Positions 36,609 through 50,970 of a stretch of 64,000 nucleotides of DNA are shown here, in pieces. The stretch covers positions 9,176,001 through 9,240,000 of the forward strand of contig CP075497.1 of the NCBI GenBank assembly GCA_021613535.1, read 5' to 3'. The notes beneath the pieces were generated by a model, which was not told the DNA's origin, did no database searches, and was given only the letters and a program-made list of their open reading frames with translations. Each line of letters opens with the position of its first letter. Position 1 is the stretch's first letter. The translations under genes were made by a program, and so were the position numbers. The stretch is from Adineta vaga. Lineage: Eukaryota > Animalia > Rotifera.

Positions 36609-38192
36609 ATGAATACAACATTCGATGTGGTATATATACTAATCCATTTTTTGCTCCTTATGTCATCATTGATTTTACTTCATAGAATTCAATTCAACAC
36701 TCCTATGACACTGTCTCAGTTAGAACTAGTCAATCCTTATCGGTACATTTCGTAGAATCAAACAAATATTGGAATATTACTCACTTTTTTTTGTATAGAA
36801 TTCAAAAACATATCGTTCATCTTCATCAATATCATTTGAAACTGAGAGTCATAGTACTTATGAAGAATTACCAACAGATTCATGGGTATGATATCATAGA
36901 CCTAGTAAAACTCTTCAATCATTAGTGCAAAGATTTCGAACTATTTTCCAAATAAAATCTCAATACATTTCTTTTAGTTAATTGATTTTGAATCAAAACT
37001 TTCCAGCGATACAATCTATGATGAGTTTAACTCAATTCCATATTGTCGATTTAATAGTTTCAATGAAGATGGACGTCATTCAGACAACTACTATCGAAAT
37101 CGTTACACTGATATTATTCCATATAATGATACACGTGTACGATTGATTCCAACCAAGGATAATCCATATGGTTATATCAATGCTTCGCATGTCAAAGTTT
37201 GGATTGTTTTTTTTTTGTTTTTCTCATCTGAAATAGTCTTATGATTAGTTTGGTATTGAAAATACAGTTTATTCATATATTGCAACAGAACTTCCTCTAT
37301 TATTGACAATTGCTGATTTCTGGCGAATGGTATTTGATTATAATGTACATGTAATTATAATGCTTCTGGATGATAATGAAATTCCATTAGGTGCAAATTA
37401 TTTTCCCAAAAATAAAGATAAAAAATATCGAACAGATGATTATGAAATTGAACTTATTTCTGAGCGAAATCATCAAGATTTTTCTCTTCGTCAGCTATCT
37501 ATCAAAGATCTTCATGGACATCAAACACGTTTAATTATTCATCTTCAATATACGATTTGGAATCAAAAACAATTACCTCTAAATACTCAATCATTTCTTA
37601 GTAAGATTGATGATATTTGTTCTTATTTAATTGTTCTATATTCGATTATTTAGAGTTTATTAATCTTGCTGATACATTTCACCGTCATTATGGCGAAGCA
37701 TATCCATGTTTAGTACATTGTACTGCTGGGTAAGAACAATAGAAATCCCATATAAAATAGTTGATGATACCAAAAATAGAAATGTGTAAGCTGAAAAATA
37801 TGTAAGAAAGATTTTATCTTCATGTTATTGAGTACATAAATTATTCTATTAGTATCAGTACTTGTTAAACGATAACTTAATTTAGTAAAACAAGACAATA
37901 ATTTTTGATTTGTCAAGATAGTAGTTATATCTTCATTATATTTTAGAATTGGTCGGACTGGAATTTTTATTCTTCTTCATTTGATGATTCAATGTATAAC
38001 ATTCAACAAAGTATAAGAATCGAAATCTTCTTCAATTTATCTTTACTTTACTTTTCATTCTAGAAAATAAGTGTAGCAAATGTATTGAAAGTCATGCGTG
38101 AATATCGAATGTCATTCATTGATCGCACACATTCGTATATTTTTGTCTATCATTGTTTGATTGATTATTTGAAATCATCACGATTAATTTAA
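36609..38192 (+). CDS. Non-receptor protein tyrosine phosphatase, PTPN14/PTPN21-like catalytic domain without FERM domain
   Basis: [49 protein letters not shown]|IGRTG, and C-terminus YLKSSRLI* as in PTPN21. The start exon is approximate. Confidence 0.82.
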
Positions 38193-40996
38193 TTAATATA
38201 CATATAAATCTATTCGATGATATAATCAACATTGTTTCATTTTGTAGCTTATCTTATGTACAATCGTTGCAGATTCAAGTAGATTAATCAAAAACTATTG
38301 TTTTTTGCTTTCTCAACGACAAAATCGAAGTGCAAATGTATGGCATTTACATTTTTATTCGCAATGTTTACGTGACGACTCGTATGAAAGCAAGTTTCAG
38401 ATTATTCTTATCTGTTGTTTTCAGTTACAAAATAATGATAATAAAATTTTCTTTTTACATGTTTTATATCATACAAAGGTATGAAGATTATACATATCCA
38501 TTTAACAAATGTATCGATTTGCTGAAAGACGATTTAATAGAATGGCAGGGGCTAGAAGTGTCTTGCCAGGTCATTATGCCCTGTATGCGCATATATAAAA
38601 AAACGATTATTGTATTTTGTATTATTGTTTACGCTTCAATATGAAAAACTAATTAAGAAAATTTGATAGTGTCTATTAGTGAGAAAAGTTTGTATCAGAA
38701 GAATTTCGTCGATTCTTTCAAGCGATTCATTTGTCAATCGTCTACAATAGAATTGATTGAATTAGAAAATACAGTCTGAGATAGATCAAGCATGATACAC
38801 TTTTGTCTAGGAATACGAGACATCTTGACATGATTTTCATCCTTTTATTCAAACAAAAATTAAATTACAATCATTGGATATAAACCAATCAGAACATTGA
38901 ATTGTACCATATTTGTGCATAAATTCTGAATATGAATCGTGATAATAGCATTTTATTCCCTGTGATCGCGACATCTGATAAAGATTTTCTTCCATTATTT
39001 ATTTTTCAGCATGAATAAAAACAATAAGTCATTATAACCACATAAACAATTTATTTTTGATCTATTAGTCTGAAGGTTAAACGCACACCATTTTCAGGTC
39101 ATAACAATCATTTTCTCAAGTTAACAAGATTTTAATTTCAAACAAGAAAAATGGTTATTAAAAACATATTTATGCAATTATAAAGAACAAAAGTAATAAA
39201 ATATCACTTCATACCAATATATAATTTGACTTAAAGCAAAATTGAATGCAGCTGCGTTGTTTATTCATAGATAATCTTAAAACGTAGTACTTATATATAA
39301 TGATCCAAAATAAAGAACTAATAGAATCATCAATCATTCGATAAGTTACTATAGGACCTTGAATGTATTACACAACAGAGCGACAAAGTTATTAAGGCCC
39401 AGAAGAGTCCAACGTGACATACGATTCGTACTCGATAAAGATTATGAATAGAATTCATATTAATTGATCAATAGTTTAGAAAGCAAAACTATATTATTAG
39501 ATCTCATTATCTATAATGAGTGTTTCCTTTGCAGTAGGAAAGAAATATATCCGATATAAATCAGATATCTTTTATATAGTATCCAATTTCTTATCTTATT
39601 TTTCTTTTCAAAACAGAGTGGATTATCAATGATTGGATTCGAGTTGAATAAATCTCTTGTTCATTCTCTATTATGACATATATATAAACACTAATGCGTA
39701 AATATATATGTGAAAACAGAGCATATCCATTAAGAGTCACTTTCTCTTTTTCTTTTTTTTTTCGTTACCTACCTAAATTAATCGATCAAGGTCGAGTATT
39801 CATTCATTGACAAGAATAAATGGTAAACGTATCTGACTATATGTAATCGAATGTCGAACAAAAAACTTAATACAATCCATCATTTTCTATTGTACATCAC
39901 TATCTTATCATTAAAAAACAGAAGAAATACGTATTAAACGATGATTAAACATATGAATAATGCCAGAGAAGCCTTGTCTGATTCTTTCAAAGAAAAAAAA
40001 AGTATCGTTTATTGTTTAGATCATCTGTTATGTTTAGAGAAATATGTGTTGACATAGAAAGAGATATAATATGTGTTGATATCTTCATATATCAGAAGTA
40101 GAATTGAATATCTACCATTGATATTTAGATATATTTATGTATGTATATATATATATCGGTACCGCCCATCGTATTCCGTCTTATATTACTATCGAAGTAA
40201 ATAGTTGTCTGACAATGAGAAGACAGTATGATGATAGATGCGTATATCTTTGATATCGGTCATGGAATACATAGAAGAATCGAGTAAAAGAACCTTCTTC
40301 ATACTGATTCACCTGACCCGATAGTAATAATAAGAACAAAATAGACACTACGTGCATATCTCAAAATATAATGAGCTAGTTCAACATGCAATCGTTCTTC
40401 GAAAGCTTGAAGAGTTCACAATAAAAATCTATATGTGCATGTGGCATGCACATGTCTATTAAATTAGTTGAAGAAGGTGTGACATAATTGAGTGTATATA
40501 TTTTTTCTATTCCGTATGAAGAAAAAAAAGAGCTCAGCATTGTTTGATCGATTGTGATATGTCATCAATTACGTATTAGAAAATTATCCAGAGTATTTTA
40601 GTTTATTACTAACGGATACACTTTACCTCGAGAATATTTACTTTTTCCATCTCTCATTGTATAAGTATAGTTCGTTCTCTATTCTTCTTTTCATCTTTCC
40701 TTTTTTTTCGATTATGGCATTAGTTAAAATCATATAACAAAAAGAAAACGAAACAATTCTTTCCCAAAGGCAATAAATCCATTCTTCGAAGATACATTAT
40801 CAACTTCAGTCTATCATACAAATCTTTCAATGACATAAACGAAGTTTCTTTTTTTTCTTTATCAAGAAATGAATCTGTTGTTTTAGTTCTTCGTGTATTT
40901 TTTAAATAATTTCCACACGCACACGTACACACGCGAAAGAAGAAAAAAAAGAGAAGGTCAAACAGTTGAATGAACAAACAAGAAAGAAGAAAAGTT

Positions 40997-40998
<2 letters not shown>

Positions 40999-41031
<33 letters not shown>
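40999..41031 (+). repeat. (CAT)11 microsatellite in the putative PIM 3' UTR
   Basis: Direct reading of the sequence. Confidence 0.9.
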
Positions 41032-41584
41032 ACACACTGTTTTTTCAAACGCAGAGCGCATGAGTTTCGAGAGCGATCTCACTGTGCAACAAATCATACA
41101 CACGCACATCTAAGAAAAACTTTGTACAAGAGAAAAGAGAAAAGAGAAAAAAAAATAATATTGCAATCGATGATACAATGTGTACTCTTTGTACATACCA
41201 CTTTTAAGTGAAACAAAAAAAAAGAAAAAGAAATATACTTGAATATATACCACTCATCTCCCTGCAAATGATAACATAACTGTTACATTGTATTCAGTAT
41301 CAAGAGAGACATGAATAAGAAGAAAAAAAAATAAAGGATACATGTTAAAAAAATAAAGAAAGAGACGAACGAATGCGCTTTTTGTCTGTACAAATAATTT
41401 CAGCTATTGTTGATATTTGATGGTAATGTTTTCTCTTCTGATATAAATGAGATTATGAAATGAAAGAAAAGATGTACATGATAGATTTGTGCATATATAC
41501 CTGCACGTCATTTGCATAGAAATAAAAAATCATTGAACTGAGACGACGGACGGAAAAGAAGAATATGAAAAGAGAAAATTATAG

Positions 41585-43450
41585 CTACAAGGAATTACCA
41601 CGAGACGAAGAACTGCCTGTAGTGGATTTTGATAGAGAATTTGAGTCCTTTAGATGATGAGAATGATTATTATGTCCAGTTATTCGACGACGTGATACTA
41701 ATGATAATGACAAGTCTCTCGATGAAGGATGTTTCAACCATTCAGATTGTAAACATTGATCTAATGTCGGTCGTTCAGATGATCTTATTGATAAACATTG
41801 TTCAATTAATTGTATACATTCTAAAATCAATCCATATATATAATTACAATGTGTTTCATTAATTAAAAAACTACGCCGATCTCTCCACTCATAGCGTGAC
41901 AAGACATTTTTCTTTTCATTTTCATTACCGTATGCACATTAACAAGAAAGCCCATAGGAGAAAAACATTTTTTTTATGTGAAAAAAACATACTATTAATT
42001 GTTAGGTCACTATGATCTACTCATTTGAATTAATTTTGTTTTTGCCTACTAGCAGAAGAGTACGTCATAAATAAAATGATTCTATTATATTTATTTATTC
42101 AAAGCTGTTGTTTCTTTTCCTCCCACGAAATGTTACATATTTTTACCTGTTGAAAGATGACTTGGAAACTGAGGTTGACATTTAATAATAGCTAAATCAT
42201 CAGCAAATGGAACATCACCACAAACTAAATCATATAAAAGTATTCCTAATGACCAAACAGTTTGTGGTAAACCAAAATATCTGCGACATGTAACCCATTC
42301 TGGTGCAGCATAGCATGTTGTACCTTGAAAATCTGTATAAATTTCATCATGTAAGAGAGCACCTGAGCCAAAATCAATTAAATATAATTGTCCTGTACGC
42401 ATATCAACAAGAAAATTTTCATCTTTAATATCTCGATGAAGAACCTATCAGACAAGAGAATAAAATTTTGAAGATATTTTCAGTTTAATATGACTTACTC
42501 CGCATGCATGTATATCTTTAAGAATTTGTAAAATTTGTTTAAAAAAATCTCGCGCTAAACGTTCGTCTAATCCACCTGAACGTTCACAAATAAAATCATA
42601 TAAATCACAACAATGTTCAGGTCGTTCAAGTACAATAACAAGTTGATCATTATGTATAAAATATTCTAACATATGTATAACATTTTTCACTTTTGCAACA
42701 CGACGTAAAAGCACAACTTCCAATGGTAATTTTCCATCAGGCTATAAATTTTAAATATTAATTTTAATAGTTTCCTGCAATCTTTCACTTACTGTGTTTA
42801 CTTCATGCACGCGTTTTCTTGATATCACTTTCAATGCCACAGGCATTCCATCTTTTTTTCGTACACCAGCATAAACGTCTGCAAAACCGCCAGAAGCAAG
42901 TTTATGAGCAATCAAATATCGTGCATGAAGGGGAGCAACTGGTGCTAAATAAATGAAAAAAAAATACATATTTTCTTCCATTGAAATGAACAAGTGTTAC
43001 TATCAGTATAATCTTATCATTAATACAAAAAACGTATGTGTAGTAAAACAAGGCAAGTGACACATCGTCGAATGTTCTTTTGTTCTATCTAACGTTGCTT
43101 TTTCATACTGGATGTCGTATTATACGAAAGACAAAAAAAAGAACCTGTCGTTTATCAATGATACGTTTCTGGTATGTATCATCCTCAACTATATTGATGA
43201 CAAGCTTATTAACGTACGAGAGAAGTGAACGCAATAGCCTATTTCTTGTTTCTTTCTTTTTTATGTACTCGTTCGCCTATGATTATCAAGTAGAATGGTA
43301 TAGTTTGAACTTACTTGAACGCGTTTTAGTTTTGGATATTGTATTAGATTGTTGTCGTTGAGCGTGAATTGTTGATTGGGATTGTTGTGGACGATGATGA
43401 TGAGGATGATGATGATGATGAGATGAGGGAGGAAGGACAAGAGTACTCAT
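41585..43450 (-). CDS. PIM: PIM-family Ser/Thr kinase, 5 exons
   Basis: [30 protein letters not shown] hinge, [47 protein letters not shown]. His-rich N-terminus. Confidence 0.93.
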
Positions 43451-43599
43451 AATGATAAAAAATGATCGTTTTATAGTTGTTGGTTTAAAAACTTCTGATG
43501 TTGTTTGTTGATCGTTTTAAAACAAGAATAGTAAAAATTCGACAGAAGAAACGCTTATCTAAAATGTCAAAGACGAAAATGTTTATTTCATCAACTAAA

Positions 43600-44330
43600 A
43601 AACGAATAAGATGATGATGATATGTGTGCGCGCGTATGTTTGTTGCGATAATGGGAGAGAAGAAAAAAATGCACTATGCATTGTCTTTTCTCCTTCTTCT
43701 TCTTCTTCTTCTTCTTCTTTTTCTCTTTTTCTTTCTTTCCTTCTCTTCTCTTTTCTGTTGCTTTCTCTCTATTGTACCTCTCTCTCTAGTTTTTTTCTTT
43801 TGTTGTACGCACGCAATCAGAGGATATTCTCATCGAAAAAGAGAAGAAGAAGAAGAAGAAAACGAGATATCTCTATCCAACAAAAACACAATAACGACGA
43901 TGCTGTTGCTGCTTACCAACCGATACGATCTACACAATCACCGTTCGCGGAAAAAAAGAAAGGCAAAGAAAAGAGAACGCGAGGTCGTATATGCGCGCGC
44001 ACGTCTATGAATGAGTTGTGCGCACACAAGCGCGGTCGAAGAAAAAGAAAAGAAAACGGCGTAATATGTTGGCAAAAGTCCAACGTAAATGTAAATGCTT
44101 GAATGAAACTAACGAGCAAATAAGCGCGTGCGCGCGTCGAAGGTTTTTTCCTTTTTTTCTCGTTTGGCTCGAAATCAAAAGAAATTGGCGAATAGCTTGT
44201 TGTTCTTTCTTTTGCGACAAGCAACGTAGGCGTCGAGAGAAGAAGAAAATATACTTTTACGTACATGCGACATCGTCGTCGGAAGAAGAAGGAGAAGATT
44301 CATCGTCAAACAATTGGTTTAATTAAAATA
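43600..44330 (-). promoter_or_regulatory. CpG/CGCG-rich 5' UTR/promoter region of the PIM kinase gene
   Basis: Clustered gcgcgc/cgcg motifs with (CTT)n and (GAA)n tracts upstream of the PIM ATG, contrasting with the AT-rich background. Confidence 0.5.
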
Positions 44331-46943
44331 AAAGAAAGATGACGACGAAACGAACGAACGACCAAGCACAAACATCTTTGCCATCATTAGACTAATTCGC
44401 GTGTGATACAGGAGATGTCTAGGACAAAATAAACAATCAGTTCTAGTAGGCGTAGAAGCAAAGAATATGCATACATATATGTGTATATACGTAAACATAT
44501 ATATATCTGAATAGATAGATACGAATGTGGAGGAGGAGGAAGAAGATGACGATGATGCTTTATTCTTCTTCTGTATATACATATATATATATATATAGAT
44601 TCCAAATAATCATAAACTGACTGAAAAGGACACGTTGTTCAAATCAAAGTTTAAACTAGACAGACAAAGAACTGTCTAGCAAATGATGAATTATGTGTAT
44701 ATAGTGTTTGTTATTCTTGGACGAAAAAGAAAATTTCATTTATCTTTCGGAGAAATCTTGTTAAACTGAAAATTCTTAACATATTATAAGCAAACAGAAG
44801 AAGAAAAAGAAGAAAAAAACATAATTCATTGTTTTGCTTAGACAGATGAAAAACATAAAACTGAAATATTTTTCTTTATGAGAATGCGTGCATATCCTCA
44901 CATAAATATAGAAAAATAATTACATGTAAAAGTGGAATGATTTACTTCTAAAGACAAAAACATAGTAATGACCTATATATGCTAACTAAAACAAGTGTTT
45001 CAAGAAGGAAAAAAAAAAGAACTTCAATACTATTATTTTTATATATAATTGTAAATGTGAAAAAATAAAAAGAGAGGCTATGTTAAGTTAGATTGTATTT
45101 ACCTAAGAACCCAATGTTTCCATCGTAAATAAATTAGCAGAAAAGAGAGAGAGAGAGAAAAGGAAGTATGGATGAGTAATCCTCTTTTTCATCAACAAAA
45201 CTAATCACGAGAATGTTTAATCGATTACGGCTATTAAGAAATTGAAAAAAATCAAATCTTCCTTCATATCCTATTTATAGTAAATATACTTTTGTTCCCA
45301 ATTGAAAATGTTCTTCATATCATAGAGGTAAAAAAAAACACATAAATACACCTTCGGCTTTTATTTTTCGCTTTATCAGTATGTCGATGTCTTTTTATTC
45401 CCTGTTCCTTTTCTATTTCTATTTCATCAAGTTGCGAAAGTTTTCAATCGGTAAAATGCGTCAATAATGACTCAAATACAACATATCAATATATATTAAT
45501 ACGCCAACACACTACAAAATGAATATACGCGCAATCAATTGAGTCAAATGATAACAATCGATTAATTTGATTGTCTTCGAAGAAAAAAAAGAAGAAAAAG
45601 CGAGTATGATAAAAAAAAAATCGATTTGTCAGTAGGAGGTTCGGCGATTCTGATAAATGATCGTCCGATATTTGATTTAAATATACGTCATATAAAGAGG
45701 GATATAAAATGTCCTCAACGTATGCACTTAAATCGGCACGTATATATTCGTCCTAAAATAGAGCGTTATCAGCTCACAATGATACGTATCAAACCTTGAA
45801 GAGGATGAATATACAGTAGCGACGGGAATAGTAGCACTACATACATGATATCGTTTTTAATGACAAAGTAATAGCAGAGAATAGAAGTGAGGGAGTCAAA
45901 ATGAGTATTACTGTATTATAGAACGATGACGGTTTTTTTTCAATGCGAGTAATCATCACAATCTATATATATATATATATACATATATAAATACGTATTG
46001 TTACTTACCTGAGTATTTTATTCAGCATATGTGTTTAATGAGTGACATACGGAGAGGAAAAAAGAAAGAATGAGTTACTCATATATTTGTCAGGAAACAA
46101 GAAAAAGATGTAAATGATGATGATGACAGTATTTCTTTCAGTATCGTATTTAGATCAACCTATAAGTTGGATGTCATCAGTATGATCGATAGATTCATTT
46201 TTTTCTTCTTCTTCCGTTATTCCCACGTTCACACGCGATTAACACCTAAGTGAGATGAAGAATATAACTGGATGAAAATTACATCAACACTTAGAATATC
46301 TCATAGAAATACAAAAAATCTCGACATCTGAAAGAATAGACAAGTGTTTGATCGGATAACTTTGATGGTAGACAATGTTTGTATGAATGTGAATAACATT
46401 GATTTAAAGATAGTAGAACTCTTATCTGATTTAGTTGAAAATATATCTAAATATGCGCTAAGATGAAATTTGATCTTGTCTTTATGAGCAAATGTGATTG
46501 ACATACAACAGATGGATATAAAAAAAAGCCTCATTGTCCAAGATTGAGAATCAACATTCCATTGATCAAATTTTTTATGTTATTTGATAATCGCAACACA
46601 TTTCTATGAAAACATGCATTTCAAGTTAAAACTAGAAATGTACTTTACAAAGCAAATCTCGGAAAAAGATTTCATTGAATTAGAATTGCGAGAAAAAATA
46701 GATTTATAATGACATGTCAAAGAAAAAGTCTTCATTTAGAAAATTGTTTCTTCATGAATGACAATGTTCATTAGACGGAAAAGTCACTACGTAGAATTCT
46801 CATATTGAAAAATTCATTGCGAAAGATTCAGGCCATGATTTTCTTGATCATGATATTTTGTTATTTTGTTCGATATTAAAGCAATGAAATTTTACACAAC
46901 TTGTTTTATTTACAGACAAAAAAATGTGTACTATGTTTATTAA

Positions 46944-48278
46944 TTAATCATCACCATCGAAACCACTCTCATCCATGAATGAAAGCAATTGTGATTTAGT
47001 CTTTTTCTTTTCATTTGAATCTACATGATGAGTTTCCTTTGTTGAAATTGATTCTGGATTCTTTCGTTTTGTTGATTTATTCGAAGCCATATCAATAATA
47101 TCTGATTTGGGAGCTGATACATCGCTTTCATCAGATTTTTCTTTTGGTTTACGAAAGAGTAGACGACCAGAAGAATCGATACATTTCTTTTCTTCTTCCG
47201 CTGAAAATAAACAAAGAATAATTTATGTTGAGAAGCTTAAAAAGTAAAAAATAGTTTCCTATCTCGTTCTGTGTGGATACGAAGACTAATCTTTTTTTTT
47301 GTGAGTGCATTTTTTAGATACTTCATGTCAAAATCATGACTCTGTCTGAACCGTTATTATCTCTACGAACAATTTTATATAAAAATGATCAACTAGATAA
47401 ATACGATGAAGTTAATAATAGTTTGATCAAATTGAAAAGTCATCAACGTTTTTTCCAGTACTATTCTTCATTTCTTAAGATATTTATAGACATTAATTTA
47501 CAAACAGTTAAATAAGTAAAATATTGTTTTTTTTCTCAAGAACTAATACTTATATTGTAACAAATTATACTTGTTTCTCGAATAAAAATTCGTTCGGAAT
47601 CGTTTTTTACTCGTTTATACTTAGAAATCATAATGAATACTTGCAGCATGAAGAACCTATTTCACGAATGAAAGAATCTTCTCATATTCATGATATAATT
47701 AATGAGGAATGAATTTCTCCATTAAATAAAACATTTTTTTTCCTGATAAAATCTAGTATACATATTTGTTCAACACGGCATTAATTTCAAGTGAAAAAGC
47801 ATGATTTTATTTCTGTTTTCTGTCGGTAAGAAATTGCAAAAGACGTAATAAACTACTTATACTCATGTTGAGATAGAAACAAGGAACTTTAATTTCTAAC
47901 TAGATCTTTATATCTACCTTCTTTTACTTTTGCCCATTCGATATCCACTTCTTCTTTACTTAAATCATTCGCCTTTAATTGCACAATTTGAGGTTTTTCA
48001 TCATCTTTTCGAGAATCTTCATCGCGTTCATTGATTTCATTGATTATATCTTTACGCTATATATAAAAAATGACGAATAAATAATTGTAAAAGCAAAATT
48101 TTACTTTATCATCAGTTGTTATGGGCGCTTGATAACCAGTGCGTTGCTTAAATTGTCGAATAAAAGCAGGCTCTTCACCTGAATTATACAAAATTTTGCC
48201 TTGCTTATTACCACCACCTCCACCACCAGCCGTTCCACCATACGATTTTTGTCTACCTCCTTGTTTACGTTTTGACAT
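46944..48278 (-). CDS. KIAA1143: KIAA1143 / DUF4604 family protein, 3 exons
   Basis: EEPAFIRQFKQRTGY, DDEKPQIVQLK..DL..EE, GRLLFRKP and C-terminal LLSF.DE. Confidence 0.85.
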
Positions 48279-48731
48279 AATGAATAATCGAAAATAGAAA
48301 ACAAAGAATATTCAATCAATATTCAAAAAAAATCAAAGAAAATCTATATGCAAATATTTATTTTCCTAGAAGACAATAGAATCTATTATTATTCATATCA
48401 ATGTACCTAAAGCATCGTAAATACAAATTCCTAGATAATGATTCAATCTATAGTATATATTCGAAGTTTGATGATGTCAAAAGTGACGTACTTTTGTTCA
48501 TGGTAATAAAACAAGAAAGATAAATAAAAATAAATCTAGTTGACTGCATTGTTCAATTATCAATAGAATCTCTCTTTTAAGAACTTAGATTGTGAAAGAA
48601 CATGAATGAATAAGCGCTTTATAATGTACAAAAATAAAAAGAAAGAATGTCGAAAGTCTTTGACATAGATCTGTTTTGCTTATTTCATGCAGCGAAAACC
48701 ATTAAAGAACTGCATTTGGAAGAGAGATAGT

Positions 48732-49966
48732 TCATCGTCTTGTTGGTCGTTTTGATGATGTCGAACTGTAGTCATCATAATCTGAATTTGAACGTTTTAA
48801 ATTTGGACGTGCACGATATGATGAATGGTAATTTCGAGAGAGACTATCTTGATGATCCATAGATGAAATACGAGCTGACGAAGATGAAAAATTTTCATCA
48901 TCTTTCGAGTGATGTATTCGACAATAATTCATATCAGATGGATATTGTTCATGTGAAGTATGTGAAGAAGATGGCATTGGATAATCGTGTGATAATGTTT
49001 GATTGTGATTTACTACAAATTAAATGTCGGAGAATGTCGATGGAAGTATGATATTTGAAGTTAATGAAAGATTTAATACGTTCAGAACAAATGTATACGT
49101 TTGAATTTTACTTACATGGTATATCATATCGTTCAGAACGAGTATTATAATCAGATGTTCGATATGTATCGGAATAAAGATCAGAACGTAGAGATGAAAC
49201 ATTTGATAGATGAGATGGTGAAGATCGGTGATGATCATGCATATATATTTCATGATTAGGATTTCGACGTCCATAATCTATTGATCGTTCATTTCGATAG
49301 GAAGAAATGACTTGTGAAGAAGCATCTCGTCTAAAACATAATTAATTATTTGAACAATCAATTCGATCGAAAACTAACCGATGAGTTGATGGTATAGATC
49401 GATTTCGTTCCATATCAAAATGTGGTGAGTGAGGAGAAGATGAAGAATAGTATGAAGATGGACGATTGGAAAGAGTTGGTTGTTCATCAAGCAATGATGA
49501 ATGCGTATTTCGGTGAATCGAAGATCGATCATACCGAGATGGTGGTGGTGATGGTGATTGTTTGTCACAATAATCCATTTGACCATTGTTTGTTCGATTA
49601 AATATTGAAGAATGAAGTAGATGTGATGATATAGGATAATTATCATTACGATAATGAGTTGATGATCCATTTCGTGATGAAACAGGACGTGAATTTAATG
49701 ATATACGTGTTGAACGATAGTTATAGTTATTATCTGGTGAGTTTGTCGAGCTAAATTTACTATTATAATCATTATCATGCGACGGATTTTCACTATAAAA
49801 AAAGTATATTGATCTTGTTTTCTTATTGCATGTCAATGTAGAGATAAGAATTTTCATACCGATAGTTTCCATGTAGAGATCGATTATCATAATGATTCTG
49901 AGTTTTTAAATCATTATTATGTCGATCACGATATCGACCACGATAACCATCACGTGAGCGTTCCAT
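48732..49966 (-). CDS. Uncharacterised Ser/Arg/His/Tyr-rich low-complexity protein, ~4 exons
   Basis: Open frames joined by short GT-AG introns, from MERSRDGYRGRYRDR to SSKRPTRR*. No domain recognised. Confidence 0.6.
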
Positions 49967-50970
49967 ACCAATAGACACTCACAAGCAAAATATGACAATC
50001 GACAAACTCATCGATTTGCATATATACATATATCTGGAACAGATGTATTAGAAGAACAGGAACTATGCTTTATTCTTTTGCATTATTATCAATGTGGATG
50101 AATAAACACCTGCCGTATCGAAAGGACAAATCGATCGAATCAATATAGACACGTTTTAGGCTATGTATTTAGGATATTTTTGTAGACACTAAAGAAAACA
50201 TTGGTTTCTTTTGTTTATGTATTTATACGTAATATCAACCAAAATCATGTATCATAGAAAAAGCCGAGAAAAATGATAAATTTCCAGTTTCTGTATATTC
50301 TTACACAACTTTTCAAAAAGTATTGATGTTTTCGAATAATATTTCCCTTGTCTATATTTAATACTAGGATCATATCAACTATTCGAGAAAAACATTTCCT
50401 TTTGCACTTAAATCTATCTAATCTTATCTTTCGGAAATGAAATAAAGAGGAACTAACTACTTCCAGCTATCAATCTTCGATAAAAATAGATGACAAGATG
50501 AGTTTTTTTTTCATATCCAAATAAAACAAAAGAAATTGAGTGTGTTTTCTACACACATAATGCTCAAATTGTATTTTTTAAAGGTAATATATATTTTTTC
50601 TCATAGTAAAAGACAATGATAGATTAGATAAAGAACGAAAGGAAAGAAAAAGAACGAAGAATCAGAGTAAGAAAATGACATTCTGTTTGAATTGGTTGTT
50701 CGTAGTTTCAAGTGAAAATAGAATGAACAGAAAAAAAGATACACACATGTTTGATGGTTTGTATATACACAAAAAAAGAATAAATTTGCATGGAAAAAGG
50801 AATTTATGTTTTTTATAAAAACAGAATTCGCGTTACAAAGTTACAGACAACAAAAGAAGACGATGTTTTATATCTGGCACACGTAATGAACAACACAAAA
50901 CTAGAGACTCTGCATGCTAAAAGAAGAAGAAGAACAACAACAACAATTGAGTGTTTAGTTTCTGTTTGAA

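Noticed and set aside
38330-38644. 104-aa ORF downstream of the PTP gene
   Set aside because: Non-ATG start, composition typical of non-coding AT-rich DNA, and no motif.
40720-41211. Poly-His / poly-Met ORFs
   Set aside because: Translation of a (CAT)11 microsatellite downstream of PIM.
43611-44605. Several overlapping 70-160 aa ORFs on both strands
   Set aside because: They are products of CTT/GAA low-complexity and CpG-rich UTR/promoter sequence, with no domain or coherent splice structure.
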